Origin: an uncultured Acidobacteriaceae bacterium
GTDB lineage: Bacteria > Acidobacteriota > Terriglobia > Terriglobales > Acidobacteriaceae
DNA: 64,000 bases
Reading direction: 5' to 3'
Assembly (NCBI GenBank): GCA_963738085.1
Contig: CAVTVC010000009.1
Span: 62,454 to 126,453, forward strand
The position numbers and the translations under genes were made by a program. This document shows, piece by piece, positions 9,749 through 19,950 of the stretch (positions are counted from its first letter, which is position 1; every line of letters begins with the position of its first letter). The notes under the pieces are model-generated. The model was not told the origin of the DNA. It searched no databases and saw nothing but the letters and a program-made list of their open reading frames with translations.

Positions 9749-12413
9749 AGTGTGGAGTGAGGGTGAGGGTGTAGGTGGTGGCGGCATCGACGGCTGAATT
9801 TGAGAAAGGCAGGGGGAAGGTCGTTCCGTTGTACCAGGCGTGCCACTGATCCATGAACCAGGGACTGGCCGGGTTAGAGGATTCGCCGAGGACCAGGTTG
9901 AGAGTGCTGTGATCGAGATCGGCAAGGTCGGCGGTGAAGCGCTCGGATGGGCCGAAGGAGCGACCGACTTGTTTGACGGTGGCGTCGTCGCCGCTTTGGG
10001 GTTGGATTCCGGTGCCGGTGGGGAGGCCGATGAGTCTCTGGAGAAGTTCGGACTGGGAGTAGATGGGGTGCTCGATCTCGAGGGGCCGGAACTGCCCGTA
10101 GCGCCATTTGCTGAGGTCTGCGGGGGCGTTGGCAAGGCGAAGGCTTTGGGCGACGGCGGTGGCGAGCAGGTCATCCCAAGAGGCGTAGGCTTTGGGTAGC
10201 CAGCGCGCGGGAGTGTGCATGATGAGCCACTCTTCGGCGTAGGCTTTGTTGCCCCATGAGTAAAGCGAGGCTGCGGTGATGGGTTGATTTTTGCCTTCGA
10301 GCTTTGTTGCGGGATTGGTTTGAGAGACAGGCGGGGTGGTGACCTGGGGGTTGATGAGCATCGGCCAGATTGCGGCGCGGGCGGCTACGACGATGGCGGG
10401 AGCTGCGGCGTCGGCGTCGACGCTGCCGTTCCAGTCGCGGAGGAGGTCGGCGGCCTGATGGAGGCGTTTGGCTGCCAGCTTGTCGTTCGTCAGCTCGGGC
10501 CGCGTGGCGTGGTCGATGGCGTAGGCTAGGCGCTGGGCGATGACGTGGTCGAGGTCGGAGTAGACGTCGGTCTGAAGGGCGAGCATATCGGCTGGGGTGA
10601 GCTGTTTTTTTGCGGATTTGTCGGTGAGGAACTTCCAGATGCGCTGATTGCGGTAGGGTGCTGCCCAGTTGAGGGTGATGGGGTAGGGGTAATCGTCGGG
10701 GGTGATGCGGGCGTTGGCGGTGGCGAGGATGCCGTTGGGTGGGTCAAGGGCCTGGGGGAGGCGGTCATAGGGGATGGCACCGACCCACTCCTGCGTGGCG
10801 TCGAGTGCGTCGGTGGGGACCGGGCTGATGGGGCTGGGTGTCATGACGCTGCCGCGGAGGGGGATGCGGCCAATGGCGTGATAGCCGATGTGTCCCTGAT
10901 CGTCGGCGTAGACGAGGTTCTGGGAGGGGCCGCCGAAGGTGGAGAAGGCCGAGACGAGACTGACGCCGTCTGTGGCGGAATTGATGGCGAGAAAGGAGAC
11001 GTTTTGTATGGTGGCGGGGTCGTAGATGGTCCAGCGAAGGGAGAGCGCTCGTTTTTCCGAGGGCAGGATGCCGGAGATGATTGGAGTGATGGTTGTGCCG
11101 TGTTGTGTGCCGGGGATTTCTAGGATGACGTCTTTTCCGCCTTTGACGTGAATGACCTCGCGATCAAGGAAGACAGGCTTCCAGTCGCCGTTCTGGGCCT
11201 GGTACTGTGCGGTGTTGTTGTTGGTGCGAACGTGCTCGATGTAGACATCCTGGACTTCGGCTCCGAGGTTGGTGAAGCCCCAGGCGACATGCTCGTTGTG
11301 GCCGACGACGATGAAGGGCACGCCGGGAAGCGAGACTCCGGTGACATGGAGATTGCCGGATGGTGTAGGGGTCTGGAGGTCGGCCTGATACCAGATGCCC
11401 GGGACGCTGTGAGAGAGGTGCATGTCGTTGGAGAGGAGCGGCTTTCCGGTGGCGGTGTGGGCTCCGGAGACGACCCAGTTACCGGAACCGGCAAAGCAGC
11501 CTTCGCAGATGGGGTTGCGGAGAGTTTGCTGGAGGGCAAGGAGATCGGTGGTGGAGGCGGTTTGGGGCGAGGACTTGTTTAGTTTGGTTTGCGACTCGTC
11601 GAGGGGAACGTTGGGGATGTCTTTTTGCGGTGCGGTAAGGTCGACGATGGCTTGGGCGGGTGGGTGGTCGCGCCAGGTGACGGTCGGATAGAGGTCGCCG
11701 AGGAGGTGTTCTGGGAGTTTGGCGGTGAGAGCTTCGCGGGAGAGTTCGGAGGAGAAGCTGGTCGTGAGGTCCTGGAACATGACGAGGCCGATGAGGAGAG
11801 TGTCGCGGGGAGTCCAGGGGGCTGGCTCGTACCGGAGTAGACGGAATTCGAGGGGCAGATGCGCGTGCTGGATGGCGATGGAGGCGTTGACGCCGGCGGC
11901 GTAGCGCTCGAGCTGGTGAAGCTGGTCGGGCGGGAGAGTGCTGAGAGCGCGGTCGGCGGAGTTCCGGAGCTGGAGAGTGCGCTGCAGACGGTCGTGCGGG
12001 AGGAGCGATGAGCCGAGGATCTCGGCGAGGTTGCCGGCTGCGTGGCGACGGAGAGAATCCATCTGCCAGAGGCGATCCTGAGCGGTGACGAAGCCCTGGG
12101 CGAAGAGGAGGTCGTCGAGTGAGGCCGCGCGGATGTAGGGGACGCCATGGTTGTCGCGCTGGATGGTGACGGGAGCGGCGAGGCTCGGAAGGGTGATGGA
12201 GCCGTCGAGTTGCGGAAGGGAGGCGTGCAGGGTCTGCTTGAGCCAGCGGCGCGCGGTGAAGAAGCCGATGACTGAGACAAGAATGACCAAGGTGCCGAGA
12301 ATGACGACGATGCGGCGGAAGATGCGCCGGCGTTTGGCTTGCAGCGCGAGCTCTTCTGGGGTGAGGGGCTCGTCGGGAACGACGTCGGTGTTGGTGAGAT
12401 GGGGGAGGCTCAT
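9747..12413 (-). CDS. Penicillin acylase family (Ntn-hydrolase, peptidase S45) protein with N-terminal membrane anchor
   Basis: FAQGFVTAQDRLWQMD, GSGNWVVSG beta-chain start, LSNDMHL and ATANAR. Start placed at ATG 12413. Confidence 0.92.
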   Translation of the reverse strand: MSLPHLTNTDVVPDEPLTPEELALQAKRRRIFRRIVVILGTLVILVSVIGFFTARRWLKQTLHASLPQLDGSITLPSLAAPVTIQRDNHGVPYIRAASLDDLLFAQGFVTAQDRLWQMDSLRRHAAGNLAEILGSSLLPHDRLQRTLQLRNSADRALSTLPPDQLHQLERYAAGVNASIAIQHAHLPLEFRLLRYEPAPWTPRDTLLIGLVMFQDLTTSFSSELSREALTAKLPEHLLGDLYPTVTWRDHPPAQAIVDLTAPQKDIPNVPLDESQTKLNKSSPQTASTTDLLALQQTLRNPICEGCFAGSGNWVVSGAHTATGKPLLSNDMHLSHSVPGIWYQADLQTPTPSGNLHVTGVSLPGVPFIVVGHNEHVAWGFTNLGAEVQDVYIEHVRTNNNTAQYQAQNGDWKPVFLDREVIHVKGGKDVILEIPGTQHGTTITPIISGILPSEKRALSLRWTIYDPATIQNVSFLAINSATDGVSLVSAFSTFGGPSQNLVYADDQGHIGYHAIGRIPLRGSVMTPSPISPVPTDALDATQEWVGAIPYDRLPQALDPPNGILATANARITPDDYPYPITLNWAAPYRNQRIWKFLTDKSAKKQLTPADMLALQTDVYSDLDHVIAQRLAYAIDHATRPELTNDKLAAKRLHQAADLLRDWNGSVDADAAAPAIVVAARAAIWPMLINPQVTTPPVSQTNPATKLEGKNQPITAASLYSWGNKAYAEEWLIMHTPARWLPKAYASWDDLLATAVAQSLRLANAPADLSKWRYGQFRPLEIEHPIYSQSELLQRLIGLPTGTGIQPQSGDDATVKQVGRSFGPSERFTADLADLDHSTLNLVLGESSNPASPWFMDQWHAWYNGTTFPLPFSNSAVDAATTYTLTLTPH

Positions 12414-12554
12414 GGCTTGATGGCAAGTGTAAATGGTGGGCGAGGGGTGGGTGGAACGGGATTGCGAATATGCTCCGGCGGCAGGTGATTTAATTTGCTT
12501 TACTGGAGTTGGTTGCAGAGTCTCAGATCGGGTTGGCGACGGAGGCCGGGATAT

Positions 12555-14183
12555 ATGGGGTCGGGTGAGAGCTTGCATGCGGTCGAGACGGTGCTTCTGC
12601 TTCTGCTGGTGCTGGTGGCAGTGTTTGCTGTGTTGGCGCGGCGACTGAAGGTGCCATATCCGATTGTGCTGGTGCTGGCGGGGCTAGTGATCAGTTTTGT
12701 GCCGCGGATACCTCGTGTTCCGCTGGATGCGAATGTTGTGTTCGTGGTTTTTCTTCCGCCTCTGCTGTATGCGTCGGCGTGGACGCTGTCGTGGCGGGAG
12801 TTTCGACGGAACGGGATGGTGATCGGGCTGCTCGCGGTGGGGCTGGTGGGATTTACGGTGTGGGGAGTGACGGAGTTTTCAGACCGGTTTATTACAGCAC
12901 TGTACTGGAAGCCTGGTTTTCTGCTAGGGGCGGTGGTGTCAACGACGGATGCGATTGCGGCGACGTCGATTGCGAAGAGCCTTGGGTTGCCAAGGAGGAT
13001 CGTCGACATCCTGGAAGGGGAGAGTTTGCTGAACGATGCAACGGGATTGCTGGCGCTGGAGATCGGACTGTCGATCATGGTTCGCGGACAGATGCCGACC
13101 GTGGGGGGCGGGTTGGCGCGGCTGGTCTATCTGGTCGTGGGTGGTTTGGCGATCGGGCTGTTGATTGGGGTTGTAGTGGGGTGGATGGAGAAGTTCATCG
13201 AGGACGGGCCGGTGGAACTGGTGGTGACTTTGGTGGTGCCGTACGCGGCTTATTTGGCGGGTGAGCGGGCACATGCTTCGGGTGTGCTGGCCGTGGTGGC
13301 TTGTGGAATTTATATGAGCCGGAAGAGCACGCAGTTTTTTTCAGCAGCGGTGCGGCTGCAGGTGAATGGTGCGTGGGAGTCGCTGACGTTCATACTGAAC
13401 GGCCTGGTTTTTGTGTTGATTGGGTTGCAGCTGCCCTACGTGCTGGCGGGGATTCACGGGAAGTATGGTACGGGGACGCTGATTTTTTATGGAGCGGTGT
13501 TCAGCGCGGTGCTGATTTTGCTGCGGATGATTTGGGTGTTTCCGGCAGTGAAGATTGCATCGTTCGTACAGCGCAGATGGCGGGGGCATAAAGATGCAGT
13601 GGAGTTGAAACCGCGTGAGGTGTTTGTTGTGGGGTGGACAGGGATGCGTGGGGTGCTGGCGTTGGCGGCGGCGATCTCGATTCCGGAGACGCAGTGGAAT
13701 GGGCAGCCGTTTGAGGAGAGAAATTTGATTGTGTTTCTGGCATTTTGCGTGATCTTCGTGACGCTGGTGCTGCAGGGGTTGACGCTTCCTGCACTGATTC
13801 GAGGATTGGGTCTGGCCGGGACAGAAGAGATGGATCCGGAGGAGATTGAGGCACGGGGGATCGTGTTGAAGTCGGCGATCCGCTATCTGGAAGAGGAGCG
13901 GAAGAGCAGCAGTGGTCCGGTTGTGCATCTCTATGACGATCTTGTGCACCGCTACCGGCATAAGCTTGCCCAAGTGAGTGGGGGTGCGGAGGAGAGTGTC
14001 GATGGCCTGGATAAGGAGGCTTATTCGCGGCTGCGGACGATTGCAGAAGGAGCGCTCCATGCAGAGCGGCGCACACTGATCGGGCTGCGGGACAGAGGGC
14101 GGATCAGCGACGATGTGTTGCGGACGTTGGAGAGGGAGCTGGATCTTGCGGAGAGTCAGTATCAGGGGATTCCGCTGTCGTGA
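12555..14183 (+). CDS. Na+/H+ antiporter (CPA1 family)
   Basis: FLPPLLY, STTDAIA, LEGESLLNDATG and GWTGMRGVLALAAA motifs. Confidence 0.92.
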   Translation: MGSGESLHAVETVLLLLLVLVAVFAVLARRLKVPYPIVLVLAGLVISFVPRIPRVPLDANVVFVVFLPPLLYASAWTLSWREFRRNGMVIGLLAVGLVGFTVWGVTEFSDRFITALYWKPGFLLGAVVSTTDAIAATSIAKSLGLPRRIVDILEGESLLNDATGLLALEIGLSIMVRGQMPTVGGGLARLVYLVVGGLAIGLLIGVVVGWMEKFIEDGPVELVVTLVVPYAAYLAGERAHASGVLAVVACGIYMSRKSTQFFSAAVRLQVNGAWESLTFILNGLVFVLIGLQLPYVLAGIHGKYGTGTLIFYGAVFSAVLILLRMIWVFPAVKIASFVQRRWRGHKDAVELKPREVFVVGWTGMRGVLALAAAISIPETQWNGQPFEERNLIVFLAFCVIFVTLVLQGLTLPALIRGLGLAGTEEMDPEEIEARGIVLKSAIRYLEEERKSSSGPVVHLYDDLVHRYRHKLAQVSGGAEESVDGLDKEAYSRLRTIAEGALHAERRTLIGLRDRGRISDDVLRTLERELDLAESQYQGIPLS

Positions 14184-14291
14184 TGCACGCGGATGCGAGG
14201 TGTGCGCGTCGTCTTGACGGTGACTGTTATTCCCTGAAGAATGAATCCGACTTAAACGTGGCTTTGCCGAACGCGCGCTAAGGCTGGATCG

Positions 14292-15389
14292 ATGACGGAT
14301 ACTTCTAAAAACTTGAAAGATGGTGATGGCATGAAACGAGGGCGGCGGGATTTTCTCAAGGCAGGCGGCGTTTCTGTTGCGGCGGCTGTGGCTCAGGCGG
14401 CGATGGTGTCTCAGGCTCGCGCCGATGGTGGAGCTGTGCCTTCGGTGACGGATGCGCATGCGGTGCAGGAGATGATGCCTACACGCAACCTGGGCAAGAC
14501 GGGTTTTCGTGCAGGAATTTTTGGGCTTGGCGGACAGGGGGCGCTGGAGCGAGGCAACAACGAGGTTGTGGCGCTGCCGTTGATTGAAAGGGCGCTGGAA
14601 TTGGGCGTGAACTACTACGACACTTCTGCGATCTATGGTGGGCCAGAGCGTTGGAGTGAACAGTACCTTGGCAAAGCGTTGAAGGGACATCGCGGTGAGG
14701 TTTTTATCGCTAGCAAAACGAAGGAACGTACGCGGGATGCGGCGCTTCGCAATCTGGAGGTGTCGCTAAAGCTGTTGAATACGGACCATCTGGATACGTG
14801 GCAGCTTCACGATGTGGGCGTGAGCGAGGACGTGGAGGCGATCTTCGGCAAAGGCGGGGCGATCGAGGCTTTCACGCAGGCGCGCGAGCAGAAGATGGTG
14901 CGATTTCTTGGCGTGACTGGACGGTTTCGACCTGAGGCGTTGATGGAGTGTATTCGGAGGTTTCCGTTCGATACGGTGCTGATGGGTTTGAATGCCGCAG
15001 ATCAGTATCAGTACAGCTTCGCCAAGGAACTGCTGCCGATGGCGGTGGAGAAGCAGATGGGTGTGATTGGAATGAAGGTGATGGCTCGGGGGAGGATTCT
15101 TTCGAGCTGGACGCCCCCGCCGGTTGAGGAACAGAAGCGCTCGTGGGAGGGGACGGGTGCGATTGCGACGACTCCGGGGACACTGACGAAGAAGGAGACG
15201 ACGTTCTATACGCTTTCGTTGCCGATCAGTACGGCTATTATCGGGTGTGACTCGGTGGCGCAGGTGGAAGAGTGCGTGCAGCTTGCGCGGGAGTTTACGC
15301 CGCTGAGCGAGAGGCAGATGGCGGAGCTGGCGCAGAAGACCGAGCCTATCGCCAAGCAGGCGTTGTTCTTTCGCATGATGCCGCGTTGA
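14292..15389 (+). CDS. Aldo/keto reductase with twin-arginine signal peptide
   Basis: RRDFLK Tat motif; DTSAIYG, ASKT and LHDV catalytic tetrad positions. Confidence 0.88.
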   Translation: MTDTSKNLKDGDGMKRGRRDFLKAGGVSVAAAVAQAAMVSQARADGGAVPSVTDAHAVQEMMPTRNLGKTGFRAGIFGLGGQGALERGNNEVVALPLIERALELGVNYYDTSAIYGGPERWSEQYLGKALKGHRGEVFIASKTKERTRDAALRNLEVSLKLLNTDHLDTWQLHDVGVSEDVEAIFGKGGAIEAFTQAREQKMVRFLGVTGRFRPEALMECIRRFPFDTVLMGLNAADQYQYSFAKELLPMAVEKQMGVIGMKVMARGRILSSWTPPPVEEQKRSWEGTGAIATTPGTLTKKETTFYTLSLPISTAIIGCDSVAQVEECVQLAREFTPLSERQMAELAQKTEPIAKQALFFRMMPR

Positions 15390-15445
15390 CCGGAGTGCGC
15401 TATGCTGAAAGCTTCGCGCTGGCAAGGTGATCGCGAACCTGGGAG

Positions 15446-16444
15446 ATGGCGAACTTGGAATGCAGGATTTTTTATCACGATAAGTGCTTTGATGGGGCCT
15501 GCTCGGCTTCATTGTTTATGCGGTTTCATCGGGAGTGCGTGAAGACTGCGGATAAGTTTTCGTTTCATGGGTTGGTGCATCGGGCAGGGGCGCTGTTCGA
15601 TCACGGGGCATTCGTTGCTGGGGAGAATGCGATCGTTGATTTCAAGTATTCGGCTTCGCCGAAGGTGACGTGGTGGTTCGATCATCACCAGAGTGCGTTT
15701 TTGAATGCGGAGGACCAGAAGAATTTTGAGGCGGGGCAGGCGGACGGTTCGCAACGGATGCGGAAGTTCTTCAATCCTGACTATGTCTCGTGTACGAGTT
15801 TGATTGCGGATATTGCGCAGGTGAATTTTGGGTTTGATACGGCTCCTGTGCTGGAGTTGATCAAGTGGGCGGATATTGTGGATGGGGCTCGGTACGAGAG
15901 CGCGAAGGCCGCCGTGGAGATGGCTGCGCCGGCGATGAAGTTGACGATGGTGATTGAGAGCGCAGCTGATCATTCTTTGGTGCCGCGGCTGATTCCACTA
16001 CTGACCGAGATGAGCTTGCAGCATGTGCTGGATCAGAATTTTGTGCAGGTGTTGCTGGGGCCTTTGATGGAGCGGCACTGGGCTGCGCTGGAGCTAATTC
16101 GGCAGCGGGCTACAGTGGAGCGCGGCGTGATTACGTTCGATATTACGGATCAGCCTACGGAGGGGTACAACAAATTTATTCCGTATTATCTGCATCCCGA
16201 CGCTACTTATAACGTGGGGTTGAGTAAGTCGAGCTTTCGGACGAAGGTGTCGGTTGGGACGAATCCGTGGACGAAGAAGGCTCCGTCGGAATTGGTGAAT
16301 CTGGCGGAGATTTGTGAGCGGTATGGCGGTGGAGGCCACGCTCGCGTGGGGGCGATCAGTTTTCCGCCGGATCGGGAGGATGAGGCTCGCAAGGCGGTGG
16401 GGGAGATCGTGGGGGAGTTGCGCGCGACGGATGGCACGGATTAA
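15446..16444 (+). CDS. DHH/DHHA1 family phosphoesterase
   Basis: YHDKCFDG, WFDHH and C-terminal GGGGH motifs. Confidence 0.8.
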   Translation: MANLECRIFYHDKCFDGACSASLFMRFHRECVKTADKFSFHGLVHRAGALFDHGAFVAGENAIVDFKYSASPKVTWWFDHHQSAFLNAEDQKNFEAGQADGSQRMRKFFNPDYVSCTSLIADIAQVNFGFDTAPVLELIKWADIVDGARYESAKAAVEMAAPAMKLTMVIESAADHSLVPRLIPLLTEMSLQHVLDQNFVQVLLGPLMERHWAALELIRQRATVERGVITFDITDQPTEGYNKFIPYYLHPDATYNVGLSKSSFRTKVSVGTNPWTKKAPSELVNLAEICERYGGGGHARVGAISFPPDREDEARKAVGEIVGELRATDGTD

Positions 16445-16506
16445 GACGGATTAACGACGAAAGACGGGTTAGAAGCAAAAGAAATACGGATTAGAGCAAA
16501 GACAAC

Positions 16507-16566
16507 GACCACGGATTCTTTCGGATAGCTGTTTTTATCTGTTTTAATCCGCGAAGATCCGTGGTC
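16507..16566. terminator. Inverted repeat between convergent genes (GACCACGGAT...ATCCGTGGTC)
   Basis: Perfect 10-bp arms at 16507-16516 and 16557-16566. Confidence 0.5.
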
Positions 16567-16572
16567 AATTGT

Positions 16573-17946
16573 CTAGGGTTTTAGTTTGGTGAAGAGGTTG
16601 AGGCGGGTGAGGTCGTTGAAGATGACGAAGGCGAAGAAGGCCAGGATGCATACGAAGGCGACCTGGTAGACGCGCTCCTTGATCTGCTGGTTGACGTCGC
16701 GGCGCATGATGGTTTCGATGATGAGGAAGAGGATCATGCCACCGTCGAGGATGGGGATCGGCATCAGGTTCAGGATGCCGAGATTGAGCGAGATGATGGC
16801 CATGGTGCCGATGAGGGGCATCCAGCCTGGCATCTGGACGGCCTGATGGATGGCCTGGCCGATTCCGATGGGGCTTTGCAACTGCTTGACTGAGACCTGA
16901 CGCGTGAAGAGGCGCTTGATGACCTCGACGATGAGCATGGAGTTCTTCTTGTTGAACTGCCAGGAGGCGACGATGGCTTTGCCAAGCGGAAGACGCTCAA
17001 CTTTGACTGGAGGCGGAAGGTACCCGAAGCCGAGGCGGTAGTCCTTGGTGCCGTCACCCATGTCGGTGAGTTGCGGCGTGATCTGGAGGGGCACGGTTGT
17101 GCCGTTGCGAAGGATGGTGAGATTGGCGGGCTTGCCGGCCTGGTCCTGCAGATAAGCGAGGATGGCGGGGACGGAGTGGAGTTGATGGCCGTCGATGGTG
17201 GCGATTTTATCTTTCACCTGGAGGCCTGCGTGAGCGGCGGGCATGGTCGGCTCGAGGCTCGCGACCTCTACAGAGGTGTCCTGCATTTTGGGGATGAGGC
17301 CCAGCTTGGTGAGGGAGAAGTCGTCTGCCTGACCTTTGTTTTCGACGAAGAGTTTGCCGTCGATGCGTTCTCCGTTGTGAATGAAGGAGAATGGAACGGT
17401 CTGATTGAGGTTGAGGAGGGAACGATCGATGACGTCGTGCCAGGTCGGATTCTCGATGGTATCGAAGTGGGCGATGGTGTCGCCGCTCTGGATGCCGGTC
17501 TTCGCGACGGACGTGTTGGCGGGGATGTAGTCGGCGTGGGCGGGGCCGTCGAAGAACTCTTCGACCTCGTTGTGGAGCATGGAGACGCCGGTCATGAGGC
17601 CGAGAGCGAGAAGGAAGTTGGCAACCGGGCCGGCGACGGCGACGAGCATACGCTGCCAGCGCGGGTGGGCGTTGAAGTCACCGGGATCGGTCGGGGCGAC
17701 GGAGCCAGAGGTTAGTTCGTTGCCGGAGAAGCCCATCTCGCCAGCCATCTTGACGTAGCCGCCGAGAGGAATGGCTGCGATCTGATATTCGGTGTCGCCG
17801 CGACGGAAGCCGAGGAGGCGTTTGCCGAAGCCGATAGAGAATACCTCGACGCGGATGCCGCAGAGCTTGGCGACGGCGAAGTGGCCGAACTCATGGACCA
17901 GAACCATGATGCCAAGGACGATGAGAAGCTCGATGAATGTCGACAT
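16573..17946 (-). CDS. rseP: RIP metalloprotease RseP
   Basis: HEFGH zinc motif, PLGGYVKM, PDZ-like regions and LNLMPIPILDGG. Follows dxr. Confidence 0.95.
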   Translation of the reverse strand: MSTFIELLIVLGIMVLVHEFGHFAVAKLCGIRVEVFSIGFGKRLLGFRRGDTEYQIAAIPLGGYVKMAGEMGFSGNELTSGSVAPTDPGDFNAHPRWQRMLVAVAGPVANFLLALGLMTGVSMLHNEVEEFFDGPAHADYIPANTSVAKTGIQSGDTIAHFDTIENPTWHDVIDRSLLNLNQTVPFSFIHNGERIDGKLFVENKGQADDFSLTKLGLIPKMQDTSVEVASLEPTMPAAHAGLQVKDKIATIDGHQLHSVPAILAYLQDQAGKPANLTILRNGTTVPLQITPQLTDMGDGTKDYRLGFGYLPPPVKVERLPLGKAIVASWQFNKKNSMLIVEVIKRLFTRQVSVKQLQSPIGIGQAIHQAVQMPGWMPLIGTMAIISLNLGILNLMPIPILDGGMILFLIIETIMRRDVNQQIKERVYQVAFVCILAFFAFVIFNDLTRLNLFTKLKP

Positions 17947-17984
17947 GAAGTTGGGGAAGACCTCGTTACCTGACCTGTTTTTTT

Positions 17985-19160
17985 TTACTGTCCCACGCCT
18001 GCGGACTGCCTGGCAATCACTTCGCGCGCACGTTCACGCGCGGTAAGATCTGCTTCGAGCACTTCGGCGATAGACGCCGGCGGTTGACCGGATGTTAGCT
18101 GCAGCACTGTTTCTATTGTACGTGGAATGCCAAGAAATGGTATGTCTCCGGCGAGGAAGGCAGCAACGGCGATCTCGTCGGCGGCGTTGAGGGCGATGCA
18201 GGTTTTCCCTCCCGCTTCTGCCGCCTCGTAGGCGAGGCGGAGGCAGGGGAAGCGAGTGAGATCGGGTGTGGAGAAGTCGAGTTGGCTGAGGGTTTTGAGG
18301 TCGAAGGTCAGGTCGGACGTTACGCGCTCAGGGTAGGCGAGGGCGTAGAGGATGGGGAGGCGCATGTCGGTGACGGAGATCTGCGCGAGGATGCTGCCGT
18401 CGACGAATTCGACGAGGGAGTGGACGGTGGACTGAGGGTGGATGGTGACCTGGACTTGTGCCGGAGGAAGGCCGAAGAGACGGCAGGCTTCGATAACCTC
18501 GAAGCCTTTGTTCATCATGGTGGCGGAGTCGATGGTGATGCGCTGGCCCATGACCCAGGTAGGGTGCTTGAGAGCCTGCTTCGGAGTGATGCGGTCGAAG
18601 TCGGCCAAGGGCGTGTTGCGGAAGGGGCCGCCTGACGCGGTGAGCCAGATTTGTTTTACTTCGGCGGCGGTTCCACCGCGCATGCACTGGTGGACGGCGT
18701 TGTGTTCAGAGTCGATGGGGAGGAGAGCGACGTTGTGTTTTTTAGCAGCTGCGATGATGAGTTCGCCGGCGGCAACGAGGCATTCCTTGTTGGCGAGGCC
18801 GATGGTTTTTCCGGCGCAGACTGCGGCGTAAGTGGCTTCGAGACCGGCCACTCCAACGATGGCGGAGACGACGAAGTTGACTTCAGGCAGGGTCGCGACG
18901 TGGATAGCGCCTGCGGTACCGTGGAGGACTTCAATGGTGATGCCTTCGGCCTTGAGACGGGTTTTGAGGGTTTCTGCAAGTTTTTCTGTGGCGAGGGAGA
19001 TGACTTTAGGGCGCCAGCGAAGGCATTGCGTGTAAGCGGCGTCAATGTTGCTGCCTGCCGCCAGGGCGACGACCTGGTAGCGATCGGGGAAGGATTCGCA
19101 GATGGAAAGGGTGCTGTTGCCGATGGAGCCGGTCGAGCCGAGGATTGCTAATTTCTTCAC
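17985..19160 (-). CDS. dxr: 1-deoxy-D-xylulose-5-phosphate reductoisomerase
   Basis: LGSTGSIG, LANKE, LPIDSEHNA, TASGGPFR, HPTWVMGQRITIDSATMMNKGFE. Confidence 0.97.
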   Translation of the reverse strand: MKKLAILGSTGSIGNSTLSICESFPDRYQVVALAAGSNIDAAYTQCLRWRPKVISLATEKLAETLKTRLKAEGITIEVLHGTAGAIHVATLPEVNFVVSAIVGVAGLEATYAAVCAGKTIGLANKECLVAAGELIIAAAKKHNVALLPIDSEHNAVHQCMRGGTAAEVKQIWLTASGGPFRNTPLADFDRITPKQALKHPTWVMGQRITIDSATMMNKGFEVIEACRLFGLPPAQVQVTIHPQSTVHSLVEFVDGSILAQISVTDMRLPILYALAYPERVTSDLTFDLKTLSQLDFSTPDLTRFPCLRLAYEAAEAGGKTCIALNAADEIAVAAFLAGDIPFLGIPRTIETVLQLTSGQPPASIAEVLEADLTARERAREVIARQSAGVGQ

Positions 19161-19241
19161 GTTCTTTATTTTCGCAGACTCGAGAGTAAGACGCGGGGAG
19201 GGCTGACTTTTATCGAGTCTGCGAAGGGGTTGGACTTTCAG

Positions 19242-19269
19242 CCGGCCCTCGTTTGTGTTCGAGGGCCGG
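19242..19269. terminator. GC-rich hairpin (CCGGCCCTCG-N8-CGAGGGCCGG)
   Basis: Perfect 10-bp stem just downstream of the 19278 stop. No clear U-tract on the minus strand. Confidence 0.5.
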
Positions 19270-19277
19270 TGCGGTCA

Positions 19278-19940
19278 TTATGGTGCGTTGACGACGACGT
19301 ATGTGGTGTTGCTGCCTGACATTTGAGGCTGGTACCAGGTGCCGTTGCAGTTCTGGTAGGCCAGTCCATTGACGATTTGCGTTGCGCAGCCAGCGGGCGG
19401 CTGGTTGACGATCGAACCGATGACAGCAGCGGTTACCATCGCCGTGGCTGTGACCGCAGCTGCAGCTGCAACGGGATGGTAGCAGCAGCCGCCGCCGCCA
19501 TAGTAGCCGCCGCCACCGTAGCCGCCATTGACGTTCACGTTCACGTCGCGGTTAACGTTGACGTTGTTGTTGACGTTGGTGTTTCTATTCACGTTCTGAT
19601 TTACGTTGGTGTTTCTATTTGCGTTCTGATTTACGTTGGCGTTGCCGTTGCGATTGGCACCCTGATTGGCGTTGGCGCCGCGATTGGCGCCTTGGTTGCC
19701 GTTGGCGCGATTGGCACCCTGGTTGCCACCGCGATTGCCGCCCTGGGCAGGAGTCGAGTTGACGCTGGTTCGAGCGCTGCTGCGGGTACCGCCGCCTGCT
19801 GCGCCGCCGCCGCCACCGCGAGATGCGGCCCCACCACCACCACCACCGCCGCGGCCGCCGCCGCGTTGGGCGAAGAGGGTCATTCCGGATATCAGGATTG
19901 CGATGGCGAATAGGGCGAAGATCTGAGTTGATCGCTTCAT
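19278..19940 (-). CDS. Secreted Gly/Asn-rich low-complexity repeat protein with Cys-containing C-terminal domain
   Basis: Signal peptide MKRSTQIFALFAIAILISGMTLFAQ, NQGANR and NVNxN repeats, then CCYHP, a hydrophobic helix and C..YQNC..WYQP. Confidence 0.8.
   Translation of the reverse strand: MKRSTQIFALFAIAILISGMTLFAQRGGGRGGGGGGGAASRGGGGGAAGGGTRSSARTSVNSTPAQGGNRGGNQGANRANGNQGANRGANANQGANRNGNANVNQNANRNTNVNQNVNRNTNVNNNVNVNRDVNVNVNGGYGGGGYYGGGGCCYHPVAAAAAVTATAMVTAAVIGSIVNQPPAGCATQIVNGLAYQNCNGTWYQPQMSGSNTTYVVVNAP
19581..19745. repeat. Intragenic ~27-30 bp tandem repeats encoding the NVNQNxNRNT and NQGANR units
   Basis: Two near-identical 30-mers at 19581-19640, followed by several CGATTGGCRCC-containing units. 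Confidence 0.85.
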
Positions 19941-19950
19941 AGCAGTCACC

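Noticed and set aside
19560-19745. Tandem repeats as a possible CRISPR array
   Set aside because: They are intragenic, codon-phased and lack unique spacers. No cas genes are present.
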